64,000 bases of DNA from a virus. Its lineage: Duplodnaviria > Caudoviricetes. The stretch lies in the IMG/VR virus record IMGVR_UViG_2795386114_000001, positions 28,783 through 92,782 of that record; one strand, 5' to 3'. Positions 45,293 to 54,448 of the stretch are shown in pieces. Both the position numbers and the translations under genes were made by a program. The notes below the pieces were generated by a model. That model searched no databases, was not told where the DNA came from, and saw only the letters and a list, made by a program, of their open reading frames with translations. Position 1 is the first letter of the stretch; the number at the start of each line of letters is the position of its first letter.

Positions 45293-46249
45293 GTGAGCTA
45301 CGGATGGATCGAGCGCGGCCCAATGGCCGCTGACAACTTTACGCAGATCAGCAATGGTCTGTTCCGTGATCCTCGCCTGTCGGCGAAGGCCAAGGGCATC
45401 TTCGGATTCATCTCGACACACAGAAACGGCTGGGGTCTTACCCCGGAGTCGATCGCGGCCGCGATGAAGGACGGGGTGTCGGCTATCAAGGCCGGCCTGC
45501 GGGAGCTGGAGGCGTGCGGCTACCTGGTTCGGACGCAGCGGCGGAAGCCTGACGGAACGATGGGCCCGGTCGTGTACAGGATCACAGATATGCCCAGGTC
45601 GGCACCGGTGGATGGAAACCGTCCAGCGGGCGTGACCTGCGAAGATTCTGCATCGTCGCAGGTCGGGGAGGAAAGCCGCAGGTCGGAACCGGTGGATGAA
45701 AATCCGCCAGCGGATGATCCGCCAGCGGAGAATCGGCCGCATAAGAAGACCAATTCCAATGACACCAACGAGAAGAACACCACCTCCCCCTCCCGCCCCC
45801 CGCTGGAGCTGGTGCCGTCGGTGGCTGAGGACCAGGGAGGAGGGGGAGGGGATGCTCCGCAGCAACAGGAACAGCAAGACTCCGTGGCGGCCTCGTTCGT
45901 GGACCGCTTGCCCTACGGGGCGCGCCTTCCTGGGCCTCGCCAGCGGGCGCACCTGATTGAGCGTGTGAGTGCTGCGCTGGCGGCCGGCTGGACGGAGTGG
46001 GCGTTGCGGGTGCAGCTGACGGAGGAGACGGAGTCGGCGAAGTCCCTGGCAGCCGTGTACCGGCACCGCTTGGACCCGGACAACCTCCCAGCCGCACCAC
46101 CGCTACCGAGGCCGCGTACAGGCGAGGACGAGGCTCCCCAGCCCAGTGGAATGTACGTGAGGTGCAAGGGGTCTGCCTGCGGACACCGGAAAATGCTTCC
46201 GACGGCCGATGGCCTGTGCCGCGACTGCCGAGAGGACGTAACCGCATGA
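45293..46249 (+). CDS. HTH replication-initiator-like protein
   Basis: FTQISNGLFRDPRLSAKAKG...AIKAGLRELEACGYL wHTH; linker with direct repeats; C-terminal CKGSAC...CRDC. Confidence 0.75.
   Translation: MSYGWIERGPMAADNFTQISNGLFRDPRLSAKAKGIFGFISTHRNGWGLTPESIAAAMKDGVSAIKAGLRELEACGYLVRTQRRKPDGTMGPVVYRITDMPRSAPVDGNRPAGVTCEDSASSQVGEESRRSEPVDENPPADDPPAENRPHKKTNSNDTNEKNTTSPSRPPLELVPSVAEDQGGGGGDAPQQQEQQDSVAASFVDRLPYGARLPGPRQRAHLIERVSAALAAGWTEWALRVQLTEETESAKSLAAVYRHRLDPDNLPAAPPLPRPRTGEDEAPQPSGMYVRCKGSACGHRKMLPTADGLCRDCREDVTA
45595..45729 (+). repeat. iteron-like direct repeats inside the initiator gene
   Basis: CAGGTCGG(C/A)ACCGGTGGATG(G/A)AAA..CCAGCGG at 45595 and 45679; ATCCGCCAGCGGA twice in tandem. 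Confidence 0.6.
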
Positions 46250-47223
46250 GCGAGTTCTCCCCTCGAAAGGAACGTCTCGCAAACATCCCTACGGCGGTGT
46301 ACCGCTTCTACGATGCGGCCGGCGAACTGCTGTACCTAGGGATGACGCACGACGTTGACGGGCGATGGGCAACGCATGAACGGACCCAGCCTTGGTGGCT
46401 GGATGTTGCCCGCCGCGAGTTCACCTGGTGCGGCACTCGCGCTGAGGCTGAGCAGATCGAATCAACTGCAACGGCACTTGAGAAGCCTCGGTACGACCGA
46501 AGCGGTCAGCGCACCATCGGCGGCGAGGTGGATCAGCGGCTGGACGCTGAGACGGCACGAGCCATGCAGGTCGTTTCCGAAGACATCGACAACGGGACGT
46601 ATCCGCTCTGGAGCGTGCTGCCGTCGTACGGTGTGCTCTCGGCAAGGTACGGGATACCGATCATCGGCATCACAAGGGGCATGGCCAAGCTGGCAAACCT
46701 TGACCACCATCTGGTGTACCACCGGGATCAGTTCGCCGTATCACTTCCTGGGCGTCGGCCCAGCATGGACGCCAAGCGCGTTGGTTTGCTGTTCTTCCTG
46801 GCCAGCAACGCCTTTGGCGAATCAACCTTTACGCGCGCTGACCTGGCTGAGGTGACAGGCGTATCGGAGGGAACAGCTCACCAGCACCTCAAGCGCTGGC
46901 AGCAGAAGGACCGCGCGGAGCGACTACCAAAGGTTGCAGGAGCCCGATCGTACATCTACCGCATCATTCGGCATCCTGAGCCTGACCCGCCCGGCTTCCT
47001 GTTCTCTTGGGGGGAGAAGGACCTCCGAGCCCTGGCTCAGTGGCTTCTCAATGAGATCACCGAGGACCCACAGGCGGACGATCGCGACCTCGCAATCGTT
47101 CAGGCTTGCCTGCCTGTCGAGTACGAGGTGGGCGCATCCAACGTTGGCGTCCGGGTCCTCAAGGTGGTGGCCCAGAAGTACGCCAACCGCCCTGGTTGCC
47201 TCCCCGAGTGGGGTATCGCCTGA
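46246..47223 (+). CDS. GIY-YIG nuclease fused to winged-helix domains
   Basis: TAVYRFYDAAGELLYLGMT..RWATH...E..PRYD; GntR-like IDNGTYP..LPS; second wHTH FTRADLAEVTGVSEGTAHQHL. Confidence 0.72.
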   Translation: MSEFSPRKERLANIPTAVYRFYDAAGELLYLGMTHDVDGRWATHERTQPWWLDVARREFTWCGTRAEAEQIESTATALEKPRYDRSGQRTIGGEVDQRLDAETARAMQVVSEDIDNGTYPLWSVLPSYGVLSARYGIPIIGITRGMAKLANLDHHLVYHRDQFAVSLPGRRPSMDAKRVGLLFFLASNAFGESTFTRADLAEVTGVSEGTAHQHLKRWQQKDRAERLPKVAGARSYIYRIIRHPEPDPPGFLFSWGEKDLRALAQWLLNEITEDPQADDRDLAIVQACLPVEYEVGASNVGVRVLKVVAQKYANRPGCLPEWGIA

Positions 47224-47318
47224 CCGACCACGCGGCGCCCTCGGGCCTTCGGGTCTGGGGGCGTTCGTCAGTCGGCGGGTGTCCAGGGCGGGTTGGGGTG
47301 CCGGGCGCCACCGATACC

Positions 47319-47360
47319 CTCTAGGCATTGCCTTGCAATGCCCATACGGCTAGTGTGGAG
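47319..47360 (+). promoter_or_regulatory. promoter/operator copy 1
   Basis: TTGCCT-N17-TAGTGT with palindrome GCATTGC-N3-GCAATGC over the -35. Confidence 0.75.
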
Positions 47361-47471
47361 CTCGTTGGCCCGCCGAGACCGCGAATCTCGGCGGGCACCC
47401 GCGTTACAACGGGCCCCAGAACGTGGCTGGGCAGCGACATCATCCCGTTCCCAACAGAAAGCCAACAGCCT

Positions 47472-47630
47472 GTGTTCAGCCACGTCTCCGGCCGCATCTA
47501 CGCCCTGTCCATCGCACCCCTGACCGCCGTCTTCTACTACCAGCCCGCTCTCGCCGGCGCCGTATCCGCAGCGATCGGCACCGTGACCGTGGTGCAGGAG
47601 TACCGCCGTCGGCGAAAGCCCCGCACGTGA
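47472..47630 (+). CDS. small membrane protein (52 aa)
   Basis: GTG start; two short hydrophobic segments and basic tail RRRRKPRT; downstream of promoter copy 1. Confidence 0.5.
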   Translation: MFSHVSGRIYALSIAPLTAVFYYQPALAGAVSAAIGTVTVVQEYRRRRKPRT

Positions 47631-47729
47631 CAACCCCGCATCGACGGGAAGGAGGTGAACAGCACCACCGAGGCCCGGCCGCGTCCCCCATGGCGGCCGG
47701 GCCTTCCGCTAATCCGGGACCCTGGTGCG

Positions 47730-48125
47730 TCAAATGGGGTCTGTGCCAGCCAGTGCCAGCGCACGAGCCTGCGCCACGCGTGCCAGCGCTTCCTCATGCT
47801 GGGCGCGGCGTTCCCTGCGGGCCTGGAAACGAGCAACGAGATCTTTGCCGTCCTGAACCAAAGCGTTCAGCTCGTCCATGTCGGTGTCGTCGGTGACAGC
47901 TGCGCGGCGCCGCTGGAAGTCGGCCCACACCGCTTGGTCAGCCTTCGCTTCGGCTGCGTCCTGACTGGCCTGCCGGCTGATGGCATCCAAGTCGATGCCG
48001 AGCGCGTCCACCGCTTCCTCCTCCGCCTCGAGGACCCCGAGTTCCGCGTCTGCGACGGCGATCTGGGCGGCGGCGACGGCTAGGAGGTCAGCGATTTGGT
48101 TGTGGGGCTGTGGTGTGTCTGTCAC
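47730..48125 (-). CDS. hypothetical coiled-coil protein
   Basis: AGAGGA RBS; Ala/Asp-rich helical. Confidence 0.6.
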   Translation of the reverse strand: MTDTPQPHNQIADLLAVAAAQIAVADAELGVLEAEEEAVDALGIDLDAISRQASQDAAEAKADQAVWADFQRRRAAVTDDTDMDELNALVQDGKDLVARFQARRERRAQHEEALARVAQARALALAGTDPI

Positions 48126-48169
48126 GCGTCCTCTAACGCTCCGCCCGGGTGAGGGTCACAGCGGTTTCG

Positions 48170-48366
48170 TTACGCCGCGGTCCCGGGCCCGGCCTCCCAC
48201 GGCTCCCCCAACGGCTGTGTCAGCCCGTCATCCGTCACCAGCCGGCGCTCCGGATTCGTCGCGTCCAGCTCCCAGTAGTACAAGCACTCCTCGCACCGGA
48301 CGCCGTCGACGAGTACCTCGTCCTCCCCGTTCGCACAGTCCGTGCCGTCCCCGCGCCCCACTGGAG
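48170..48366 (-). pseudogene. probable 3' fragment of a gene cut by the TnpB element
   Basis: Coding-like frame PVGRGDGTDCANGEDEVLVDGVRCEECLYYWELD running into the element left end with no clear start of its own. Confidence 0.35.
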
Positions 48367-48387
48367 AACCGGAGGGTGCTCCGGCCT

Positions 48388-48594
48388 TTAGGCCGGGGGT
48401 GAATCCGGCTTCCCGCGTAGCGGGGCAGGGGTAGCCGGATCGCCGCCAGGGCGATCCGGCGTCCCGGAGGACTCGGCCGCGCTTCGCACTACGGAGATCA
48501 GCCATGAGTTCAGAGAGCGGTCGTCGGCCGCAGCGGCATCCACGGCGAGTGCATGCACATCGTCGGGCAAGCGGAGGTTCACGTGTTTGGTCAT
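48388..48594 (-). CDS. ribbon-helix-helix (Arc/HicB-like) DNA-binding protein
   Basis: KHVNLRLPDDVHALAVDAAAADDRSLNSWL. Confidence 0.78.
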   Translation of the reverse strand: MTKHVNLRLPDDVHALAVDAAAADDRSLNSWLISVVRSAAESSGTPDRPGGDPATPAPLRGKPDSPPA

Positions 48595-48639
48595 GGTCCC
48601 ATTCTGGCACTGGTCCCAGCATGATGCTAAAATGGGACC

Positions 48640-49797
48640 ATGCAGCTCAGGTACAACTTCCGCGTCTACCCGACGCCCGGCCAGCGCACGGCGCTCGCCC
48701 GGACGTTCGGCTGCGCACGGGTGGTGTACAACGACGCACTCCGCATCCGGCAGGACGCACACAAGCAGGACCTGCCGTTCCCGAAGACCGGCGACCTGTC
48801 CAAGACGCTGATCACGCAGGCCAAGCGCACCCCCGAACGGGCGTGGCTGTCCAACGCCCCGGTCGGTGTCATGCAGCAAGCCCTGCGCGACCTCGACACT
48901 GCGTACCGGAACTTCTTCGACTCCCTCTCCGGGAAAAGGAAGGGGCCGAAGATCGGTGCGCCCCGGTTCAAGTCAAAGCGGGACAACCGGCAGGTCGCCC
49001 GCTACACCAAGTCGGACTCCTTTCGTGTCCTGCCGAACGGGAAGCTGCGCCTGCCCAAGGTCGGCGAGATCTCCGTCCGCTGGTCCCGCAAGCTGCCGTC
49101 GGATCCGTCGTCGGTGACGGTCATCAAGGACGCAGCGGGACGGTACTTCGCGAGCTTCGTCGTGACGACCGACCCGTCCGAGGCGCTGCCCGAGACGACT
49201 GGCGAGGTGGGCATAGACCTCGGCCTCACCCACTTCGCCGTCATGTCCGACGGCCGCAAGATCTCCTCGCCAAAGTTCTTGCGCCGTGCCGAACGCAAGC
49301 TACGCAAAGCGCAGCAAGCCCTCTCCCGCAAGGCGAAGGGCAGCAACAACCGCAAGAAGGCCGTTGCCCGCGTGGCGCGGCTGCACGCCCAAGTGGCCGA
49401 CACCCGGCGGGACCACCACCACAAGCTCTCCACCACGTTGATCCGCGAGAACCAAGCGGTGTACGTCGAGGACCTGTCGGTGAAGGGTCTCGCCCGCACG
49501 CGGCTCGCGAAATCCGTGCACGACGCCGGATGGGCTCAGTTCACGACCATGTTGGAGTACAAGGCGACCCGGTACGGGCGGACCTTCGGGAAGATCGACC
49601 GCTGGCTTCCGTCGTCTCAGACCTGCCACGTCTGCATGGTCATCGACGGGCCCAAGCCCCTCAACGTCCGCGAGTGGACGTGCGGGGCATGCCAGGCCAC
49701 CCACGACCGGGACGTCAACGCGGCCCGCATCGTCTTGGCCGCCGGACGGGCGGACAAGGAAAACGCCTGCGGAGGGACCGTAAGCCCTCCCGTCTGA
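48640..49797 (+). CDS. tnpB: RNA-guided endonuclease TnpB
   Basis: RYNFRVYPT..FGCARVVYN HTH; RuvC GIDLG / VEDL / HDRDVNAA; zinc finger CHVC...CGAC. Confidence 0.93.
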   Translation: MQLRYNFRVYPTPGQRTALARTFGCARVVYNDALRIRQDAHKQDLPFPKTGDLSKTLITQAKRTPERAWLSNAPVGVMQQALRDLDTAYRNFFDSLSGKRKGPKIGAPRFKSKRDNRQVARYTKSDSFRVLPNGKLRLPKVGEISVRWSRKLPSDPSSVTVIKDAAGRYFASFVVTTDPSEALPETTGEVGIDLGLTHFAVMSDGRKISSPKFLRRAERKLRKAQQALSRKAKGSNNRKKAVARVARLHAQVADTRRDHHHKLSTTLIRENQAVYVEDLSVKGLARTRLAKSVHDAGWAQFTTMLEYKATRYGRTFGKIDRWLPSSQTCHVCMVIDGPKPLNVREWTCGACQATHDRDVNAARIVLAAGRADKENACGGTVSPPV

Positions 49798-49916
49798 CGG
49801 AAGGCAGGACCCGATGAAACAGGAACCCATCTCAAGGCCAGCCGCTACGGCGGACGCCAGGGAGGGAATCCCCGACTCTTCAGGGCGGGGAGGACGTCAA
49901 GCACCTGGTATCCCCC
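49740..49916 (+). ncRNA. putative omega/reRNA of TnpB (scaffold ends at TCAA 49900, guide follows)
   Basis: Position overlapping the tnpB 3' end and right-end hairpin; 5' boundary is a guess. Confidence 0.5.
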
Positions 49917-50218
49917 ATGGGTTCGACGGTGCGGCGTGCCGGCCACCCATGGCAGGGAGCCTGCGGGGGCGCACGGGCGCTCGAGGCCGACATGCCGAAA
50001 GGGCTCCCCCACCAGCCACGCAGGGAACGGGCGGCTGTACGGCTGACAGACTGGGAGGCGTCCCGAGGCTTTGGGGACGACTCCATACAAGCGCCCCCAT
50101 GACCCGCTCCCGGCGGTGAGGGGAAGTGCTGGCGAGGCCTCCGGTGACGCGCTGGGGGCTTCTTCGCGTTCCGGGTGTGGGCGTGCGTCCAGCGGCGAGA
50201 CCGGCTCGGCCCGTAACC

Positions 50219-50265
50219 CTCTAGGCATTGCATTGCATGGCAATGCCCTTACGGGTACTGTGGAG
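50219..50265 (+). promoter_or_regulatory. promoter/operator copy 2
   Basis: TTGCAT-N17-TACTGT with the GCATTGC-N3-GCAATGC palindrome and a 5-bp duplication. Confidence 0.78.
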
Positions 50266-50289
50266 TCACACCCCACCGGAAGGACCGCC

Positions 50290-50571
50290 ATGACGGACAT
50301 TCAGCGCGCCACAAGCCAGCACACACAGCAGCTGGCAGGGCCGACCGTGTGGATCCTCTCCAAGGGGGAGATGCATGAAGGGGGCAACATCCTCGGCGTC
50401 TACGCCACCAAGGACCTCGCCAAGGGCCCGTTCCTCCAGGCCGCCACGAACATCCCGTTCGACATCGACAAGGCCTGGCAGGACACCGACGGCGCCGTAC
50501 ACGTCGAGGGCGGCTGCGACTGGGTCTCCCTCGAACCGCACTCGCTGATTACGGCGCAGCAGCTCACCTGA
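50290..50571 (+). CDS. hypothetical phage protein
   Basis: GGAAGGA RBS; VWILSKGE..EGGNILGVYATKDLA. Confidence 0.68.
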   Translation: MTDIQRATSQHTQQLAGPTVWILSKGEMHEGGNILGVYATKDLAKGPFLQAATNIPFDIDKAWQDTDGAVHVEGGCDWVSLEPHSLITAQQLT

Positions 50572-50663
50572 ACACCCCCCATCCCCCGCGCCCACGGCCG
50601 GGGGAACGTCACGCCGAAACCACGGCAAGCTACCCACCACGCCCCAACACCGGGAGCCGCCCC

Positions 50664-51251
50664 ATGCCCACCATCCAGGCGACCGTCACCGAGACCGAGC
50701 TCCACCAGTGGCTGACCGACAACATCGGCGAGCAGATCACCAACGACTACGACACGGCCACCCAGCTCCTCACCGTGTTCGACTTCGCCGCCAAGGACAG
50801 CCCCAGCCTGAACAGCCGGCACCAGATCGCCTCCGTCCTCGCCCCGGCCCCCGCCATCACCAGCCAGCCGTTCACTCCATACGTCCCGCTCACCGCCGGC
50901 GCGGCCGCGCAGCACCTCCTCGAGACGTTCCGCGTCACCCGCAAACCCGCCAACTACCAGCGCCTCCTCGTCGACCTGCCCGCCCCGGTGGTCGTGTCCC
51001 GGCACCAGTGCCCGTTCTGCCGCCGCTACACCCGCGCTGACTTCCGCCAGGTTCAGGACCATATGACGCGCTGCTGGCAGAACCCCGCCCTGCGCTGCTG
51101 CAAGGCCTGCGTTCACCACCAGGACGCATCCGGAACCCCCGGCGAGCCCGATGAGTGGGTGGAGTCCTGTACCAGCCCGGACGGCCCCGAGTACGAGGAC
51201 TACGCGTTCCCCGTCCTGCACTGCCCCCTGTGGCAGCCGAAGGAGGCCTGA
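50664..51251 (+). CDS. Cys-rich hypothetical protein (zinc-binding)
   Basis: CPFC..H..RCWQNPALRCCKACVH. Confidence 0.68.
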   Translation: MPTIQATVTETELHQWLTDNIGEQITNDYDTATQLLTVFDFAAKDSPSLNSRHQIASVLAPAPAITSQPFTPYVPLTAGAAAQHLLETFRVTRKPANYQRLLVDLPAPVVVSRHQCPFCRRYTRADFRQVQDHMTRCWQNPALRCCKACVHHQDASGTPGEPDEWVESCTSPDGPEYEDYAFPVLHCPLWQPKEA

Positions 51252-51253
51252 CC

Positions 51254-51634
51254 ATGCCCGACAAGCCCTGCTGCAAGAACGAGACGTGCATGTACTGCCA
51301 GGCCGCGAAGCAGTGGCTGCGCTGGCACCAGGACGGCGACCAGGCCCACCGCCAGCCCTGGGAGACCGAAGGCGTCCCCGTCGCCCGCGTCAACGGCATC
51401 CACTACGTCGTCAAGCCGTACGACCACGCCGGCCCCGACCGCTTCCTCGGCTTCGGCGGCCGCGTGTTCACGTTCCGCTTCCACGACGGCCGCGAACTCA
51501 CCTCCAACGACGTCATGTGCCAGGGCGAGATCCCCGCCTGGTTCCGCGACCGACTCCCCGACAACGCCGTCATCGTCCCCCAGCAGCAGCCCGCCCCGAC
51601 CAGGGCGCCGTTCGGGCCGTTCGAGGGCGTGTGA
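51254..51634 (+). CDS. hypothetical phage protein
   Basis: AGGAGG RBS; GFGGRVFTFRFHDG...CQGEIPAWFRDRLPDNA. Confidence 0.7.
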   Translation: MPDKPCCKNETCMYCQAAKQWLRWHQDGDQAHRQPWETEGVPVARVNGIHYVVKPYDHAGPDRFLGFGGRVFTFRFHDGRELTSNDVMCQGEIPAWFRDRLPDNAVIVPQQQPAPTRAPFGPFEGV

Positions 51635-51918
51635 TGCTGATGCCCAGCCAGCGGCCGAAGCGGGGGCAAATCGCCCTGGACATCCCGCTGCTCACACCAG
51701 ACCCGGCCCCGGAAACGTACTGGGAGAACCGCGGCCCCCGCGACTGGCAGCCAGTCCTCGTCGTCTGCCGCTACGGCAACACCAGCGGCCTACCGCAGCC
51801 AGTGTTCCCGCTCGTGACGACGAAGCCACTGGGGCCCCGCAACGTGCAGATCCGGCGACGAGACGGGAGCGAGCTGGTGATGCCAGTACGCAACCTCCGC
51901 CGCCGGAAGCCAGCCTGA
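51634..51918 (+). CDS. hypothetical protein
   Basis: TGATG coupling; GPRNVQIRRRDGS..PVRNLRR. Confidence 0.62.
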   Translation: MLMPSQRPKRGQIALDIPLLTPDPAPETYWENRGPRDWQPVLVVCRYGNTSGLPQPVFPLVTTKPLGPRNVQIRRRDGSELVMPVRNLRRRKPA

Positions 51919-51926
51919 CCACTGGA

Positions 51927-52265
51927 GTGACCGTGACCACCGAGACGCGCACGCACTGCCTCCTCTGCTACCACCCCCTCACCTCCCACCCCGAAGACGC
52001 CGACGGCAACCGGCCCTGCCGATCCATCGGCCACCCGTCCGGGGTTCCCTGCCTCGACTGCCAGGCCATGCTCACCCCCGACTACCGCGGCCGCGTCGCC
52101 GACGAACGCGACAGCCAGCACTTCGAGCAGGCCTGGGCCGCCTACCTCGTCACCCTCGCCGACGTGCAGAACGCGTTCGGGGACGCAGCGCCCGCGTACT
52201 TCACCGACGTTCACCAGTCCGCCCTCGCCTCCGCCCTCATCGCCCACCGGGAGGCCAGCGCATGA
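51927..52265 (+). CDS. hypothetical protein
   Basis: CLLCYH...C..CLDC. Confidence 0.6.
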   Translation: MTVTTETRTHCLLCYHPLTSHPEDADGNRPCRSIGHPSGVPCLDCQAMLTPDYRGRVADERDSQHFEQAWAAYLVTLADVQNAFGDAAPAYFTDVHQSALASALIAHREASA

Positions 52266-52567
52266 GCAGTGAGAAGCCCCCGCTCCCCGCCCGCACCTTC
52301 GACCCCTGGCCCCGCCTCCCCATCGACACCAGCCAAGACAGCGACTTCCACCGCCTCGACCGCATCGCCGGACGCGCCGCCACCCACTGGGCCCTCAGCC
52401 CCCAAGGCGCCTACGCGAAGAACCTCACCCTCGCCGAAGTCGTCGACGGCGCCGTACGCGAAGCACTTCTCCACCTCCTCGAGCTCGGCCTCATCGACAT
52501 CGACAGCCAGCGCATGCACGCCGCGCCCGGATGGCCCACGAACCGCGAAAGGAAGCCTGCGACGTGA
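52262..52567 (+). CDS. hypothetical protein
   Basis: ATGA coupling, high GC3. Confidence 0.6.
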   Translation: MSSEKPPLPARTFDPWPRLPIDTSQDSDFHRLDRIAGRAATHWALSPQGAYAKNLTLAEVVDGAVREALLHLLELGLIDIDSQRMHAAPGWPTNRERKPAT

Positions 52568-52794
52568 CGCCCGACCCGGCTGCCCAGGAGATTGCCGCTC
52601 TAGAGGAAGCGTTCGAGCGGCCCGCCTACTGGCGGTGCGCCCACTGCAAGCAGCCCATCACCGGCCACGGCTACACCTGGACTGGACCTCTACGCCAGCC
52701 CGGTGAGTCCATTTGGGACCAGAAGCGCTACCACCTCAGCAGCCCTGAATGCCAACGCGCCTGCGACGCCGCTTGCAAGGGGGACAACGCGTGA
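52564..52794 (+). CDS. small Cys-rich protein
   Basis: GTGA coupling; CAHCKQPI...HL..PEC. Confidence 0.58.
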   Translation: MTPDPAAQEIAALEEAFERPAYWRCAHCKQPITGHGYTWTGPLRQPGESIWDQKRYHLSSPECQRACDAACKGDNA

Positions 52795-53111
52795 CCGTCA
52801 CCGCCGCGGCCGCGGCCCTGGCCCTGGTCGCCGCCGGCTACACCCTCGGCCGTCTGCGGCCCGCACGGCGCGCCTCCGACTGGGCGAACTGGCAGAAGTA
52901 CGACCAGACCATGCCCCGCCACAGCACCCGCTGGTGGGCCGTATTCGTCGTCCTGTCCACGGAGAACCTGGCCTGGCTGATCGCCCACCCACGGCAGGGC
53001 TGGCAGGCGTGGAAGCACCGCAACGACCCGCCCCCGCCCCGCAGTCCCGCACCCCGCTTCGACCCCGACTGGGCCGCCAAACGACGCGCAGCCGTTGAGG
53101 GCGGCGAGTGA
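52791..53111 (+). CDS. small membrane protein
   Basis: N-terminal hydrophobic segment then GRLRP; Trp-rich. Confidence 0.6.
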   Translation: MTVTAAAAALALVAAGYTLGRLRPARRASDWANWQKYDQTMPRHSTRWWAVFVVLSTENLAWLIAHPRQGWQAWKHRNDPPPPRSPAPRFDPDWAAKRRAAVEGGE

Positions 53112-53292
53112 GCCGGTCTGTGCGGGAGGTTCAGCGTCGCTGGGAAGCCCTCGAGGCCGCGCTCTCCCGCCCCACACCGCCCCCGTTACCCGGCCAGGAG
53201 ACCATCGACCTCACCCCACGCTACGAACAGCCCACCCTCGACGAGGACGAACCCCAGTGACCAGCGCCACCGGGCAGCGCCAGTCGTGACGC

Positions 53293-54429
53293 TCAGGCCG
53301 CGGACTCCTCCGGAGCCTCCGCAGCTAACGGCCCACCATCACCCTCGTCGATCAGCCGGTCCGGCGACAACGCCCACTTGTACGTCAGGCCCTGCACCGA
53401 CGACGCCCCCAACAGGGCCTTCAGCTCGTTGATCTCCACACCCACCGTGCGCAGACTGATCCCCATCCGGGCCGCGATCGCCTTCTGATCCCGCTCCGCA
53501 GCCAGCTCCCGCATGATCTCCCGCTGCCGGGGAGTCATCCGGGCTGCGCCGCCCGGACCGGTCACCGTGTCCACCCACTGCCGCGGCTTCCGCCCGGGCG
53601 CTTCACCGAACCACGGATCCGCCCTGCCCCACTTCGATTCGAACTCCGCCCCGATGTAGGCGACCATCGCCCGGTCCGTGATCTGCCACGCCGCGAACTC
53701 GGGTGCATTCGGCACCAGATGGTTGGAGATGAACGCGACCCGGCGGTCGACGACGATGCACCGCTCGAACGCTCCGGGCATAGTCCGGTACTCGGCGGCT
53801 TTGCCGACCTGACGGTGCGACATCGTCCGGGCGTATTCCGCCGTCACCGGGTTGTCCCGCACGGTCGCCAGATACAGGGTGCGCATCGTGACCCCGCGGT
53901 CCAGGGCGGCAGTGTCCCGGCGGACCGTTTCTGCGAGCTGGTCGGGCCGGCGCGGGCCCCCTGGGTGTGCGGCGAGGATTTCCCACTGGGCGGAGCCCAC
54001 CACGTCCTCCAGGCGGGCCAGCACGGTGGGCTGGTCGCCGAGGTACTCGGCGCCGCCTCCGGACAGCAACTGGGCGCGCTGGTACAGCTCGGCGAGTTCG
54101 TCCGCGTCCGTGTGCAGAGTGCGCAAGCGGGCGGCACGCACCTCGACTTCGAGGAGCTCGGCCTCGAGGACGCGGCGCGCCACGGTCTCCGGATTCAGCA
54201 CGAGCGGTCTGTTTTCGTGGTCCGGGTCCCGCTTCACGAACCGGGCCTCGACGAGTTCGTCAACGAATACCTGATCCGCGTCGCACAGGGTTTGACCGGT
54301 CGTCAACAGGCCAAACACGCGTATCGCGTCGGGGGACAGGCCGCTGCACTCGCGTCCCGTGTTTCCTATGGCCAAAGGTCTGAGTCCTCGTCGAAAAGGG
54401 GTACCGGGCTGCACGTGTGCGCATTGCAC
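53293..54429 (-). CDS. TrmB/PLD-like sensor domain + LuxR HTH transcriptional regulator
   Basis: N-terminal wHTH-like and coiled-coil regions; EILAAHPGGPR, ALDRGVTMRTLY, CIVVDRRVAFI; C-terminal MTPRQREIMRELA..QKAIAARMGISLRTV; true start may be TTG near 54375; TTA codon at 53326-53328. Confidence 0.85.
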   Translation of the reverse strand: MQCAHVQPGTPFRRGLRPLAIGNTGRECSGLSPDAIRVFGLLTTGQTLCDADQVFVDELVEARFVKRDPDHENRPLVLNPETVARRVLEAELLEVEVRAARLRTLHTDADELAELYQRAQLLSGGGAEYLGDQPTVLARLEDVVGSAQWEILAAHPGGPRRPDQLAETVRRDTAALDRGVTMRTLYLATVRDNPVTAEYARTMSHRQVGKAAEYRTMPGAFERCIVVDRRVAFISNHLVPNAPEFAAWQITDRAMVAYIGAEFESKWGRADPWFGEAPGRKPRQWVDTVTGPGGAARMTPRQREIMRELAAERDQKAIAARMGISLRTVGVEINELKALLGASSVQGLTYKWALSPDRLIDEGDGGPLAAEAPEESAA

Positions 54430-54448
54430 AAGTGAGCATTCGGCAACA

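Larger units (their letters stand above)
48367..49900 (+). mobile_element. IS200/IS605-family (IS1341-like, tnpA-less) element
   Basis: Left hairpin CCGGCCT-TT-AGGCCGG (48381-48396); right end GAAT + hairpin + TCAA ending at 49900; left boundary approximate. Confidence 0.78.

Noticed and set aside
48388-48594. RHH gene as the antitoxin of a HicAB pair
   Set aside because: No adjacent toxin gene; only the DNA-binding domain is present
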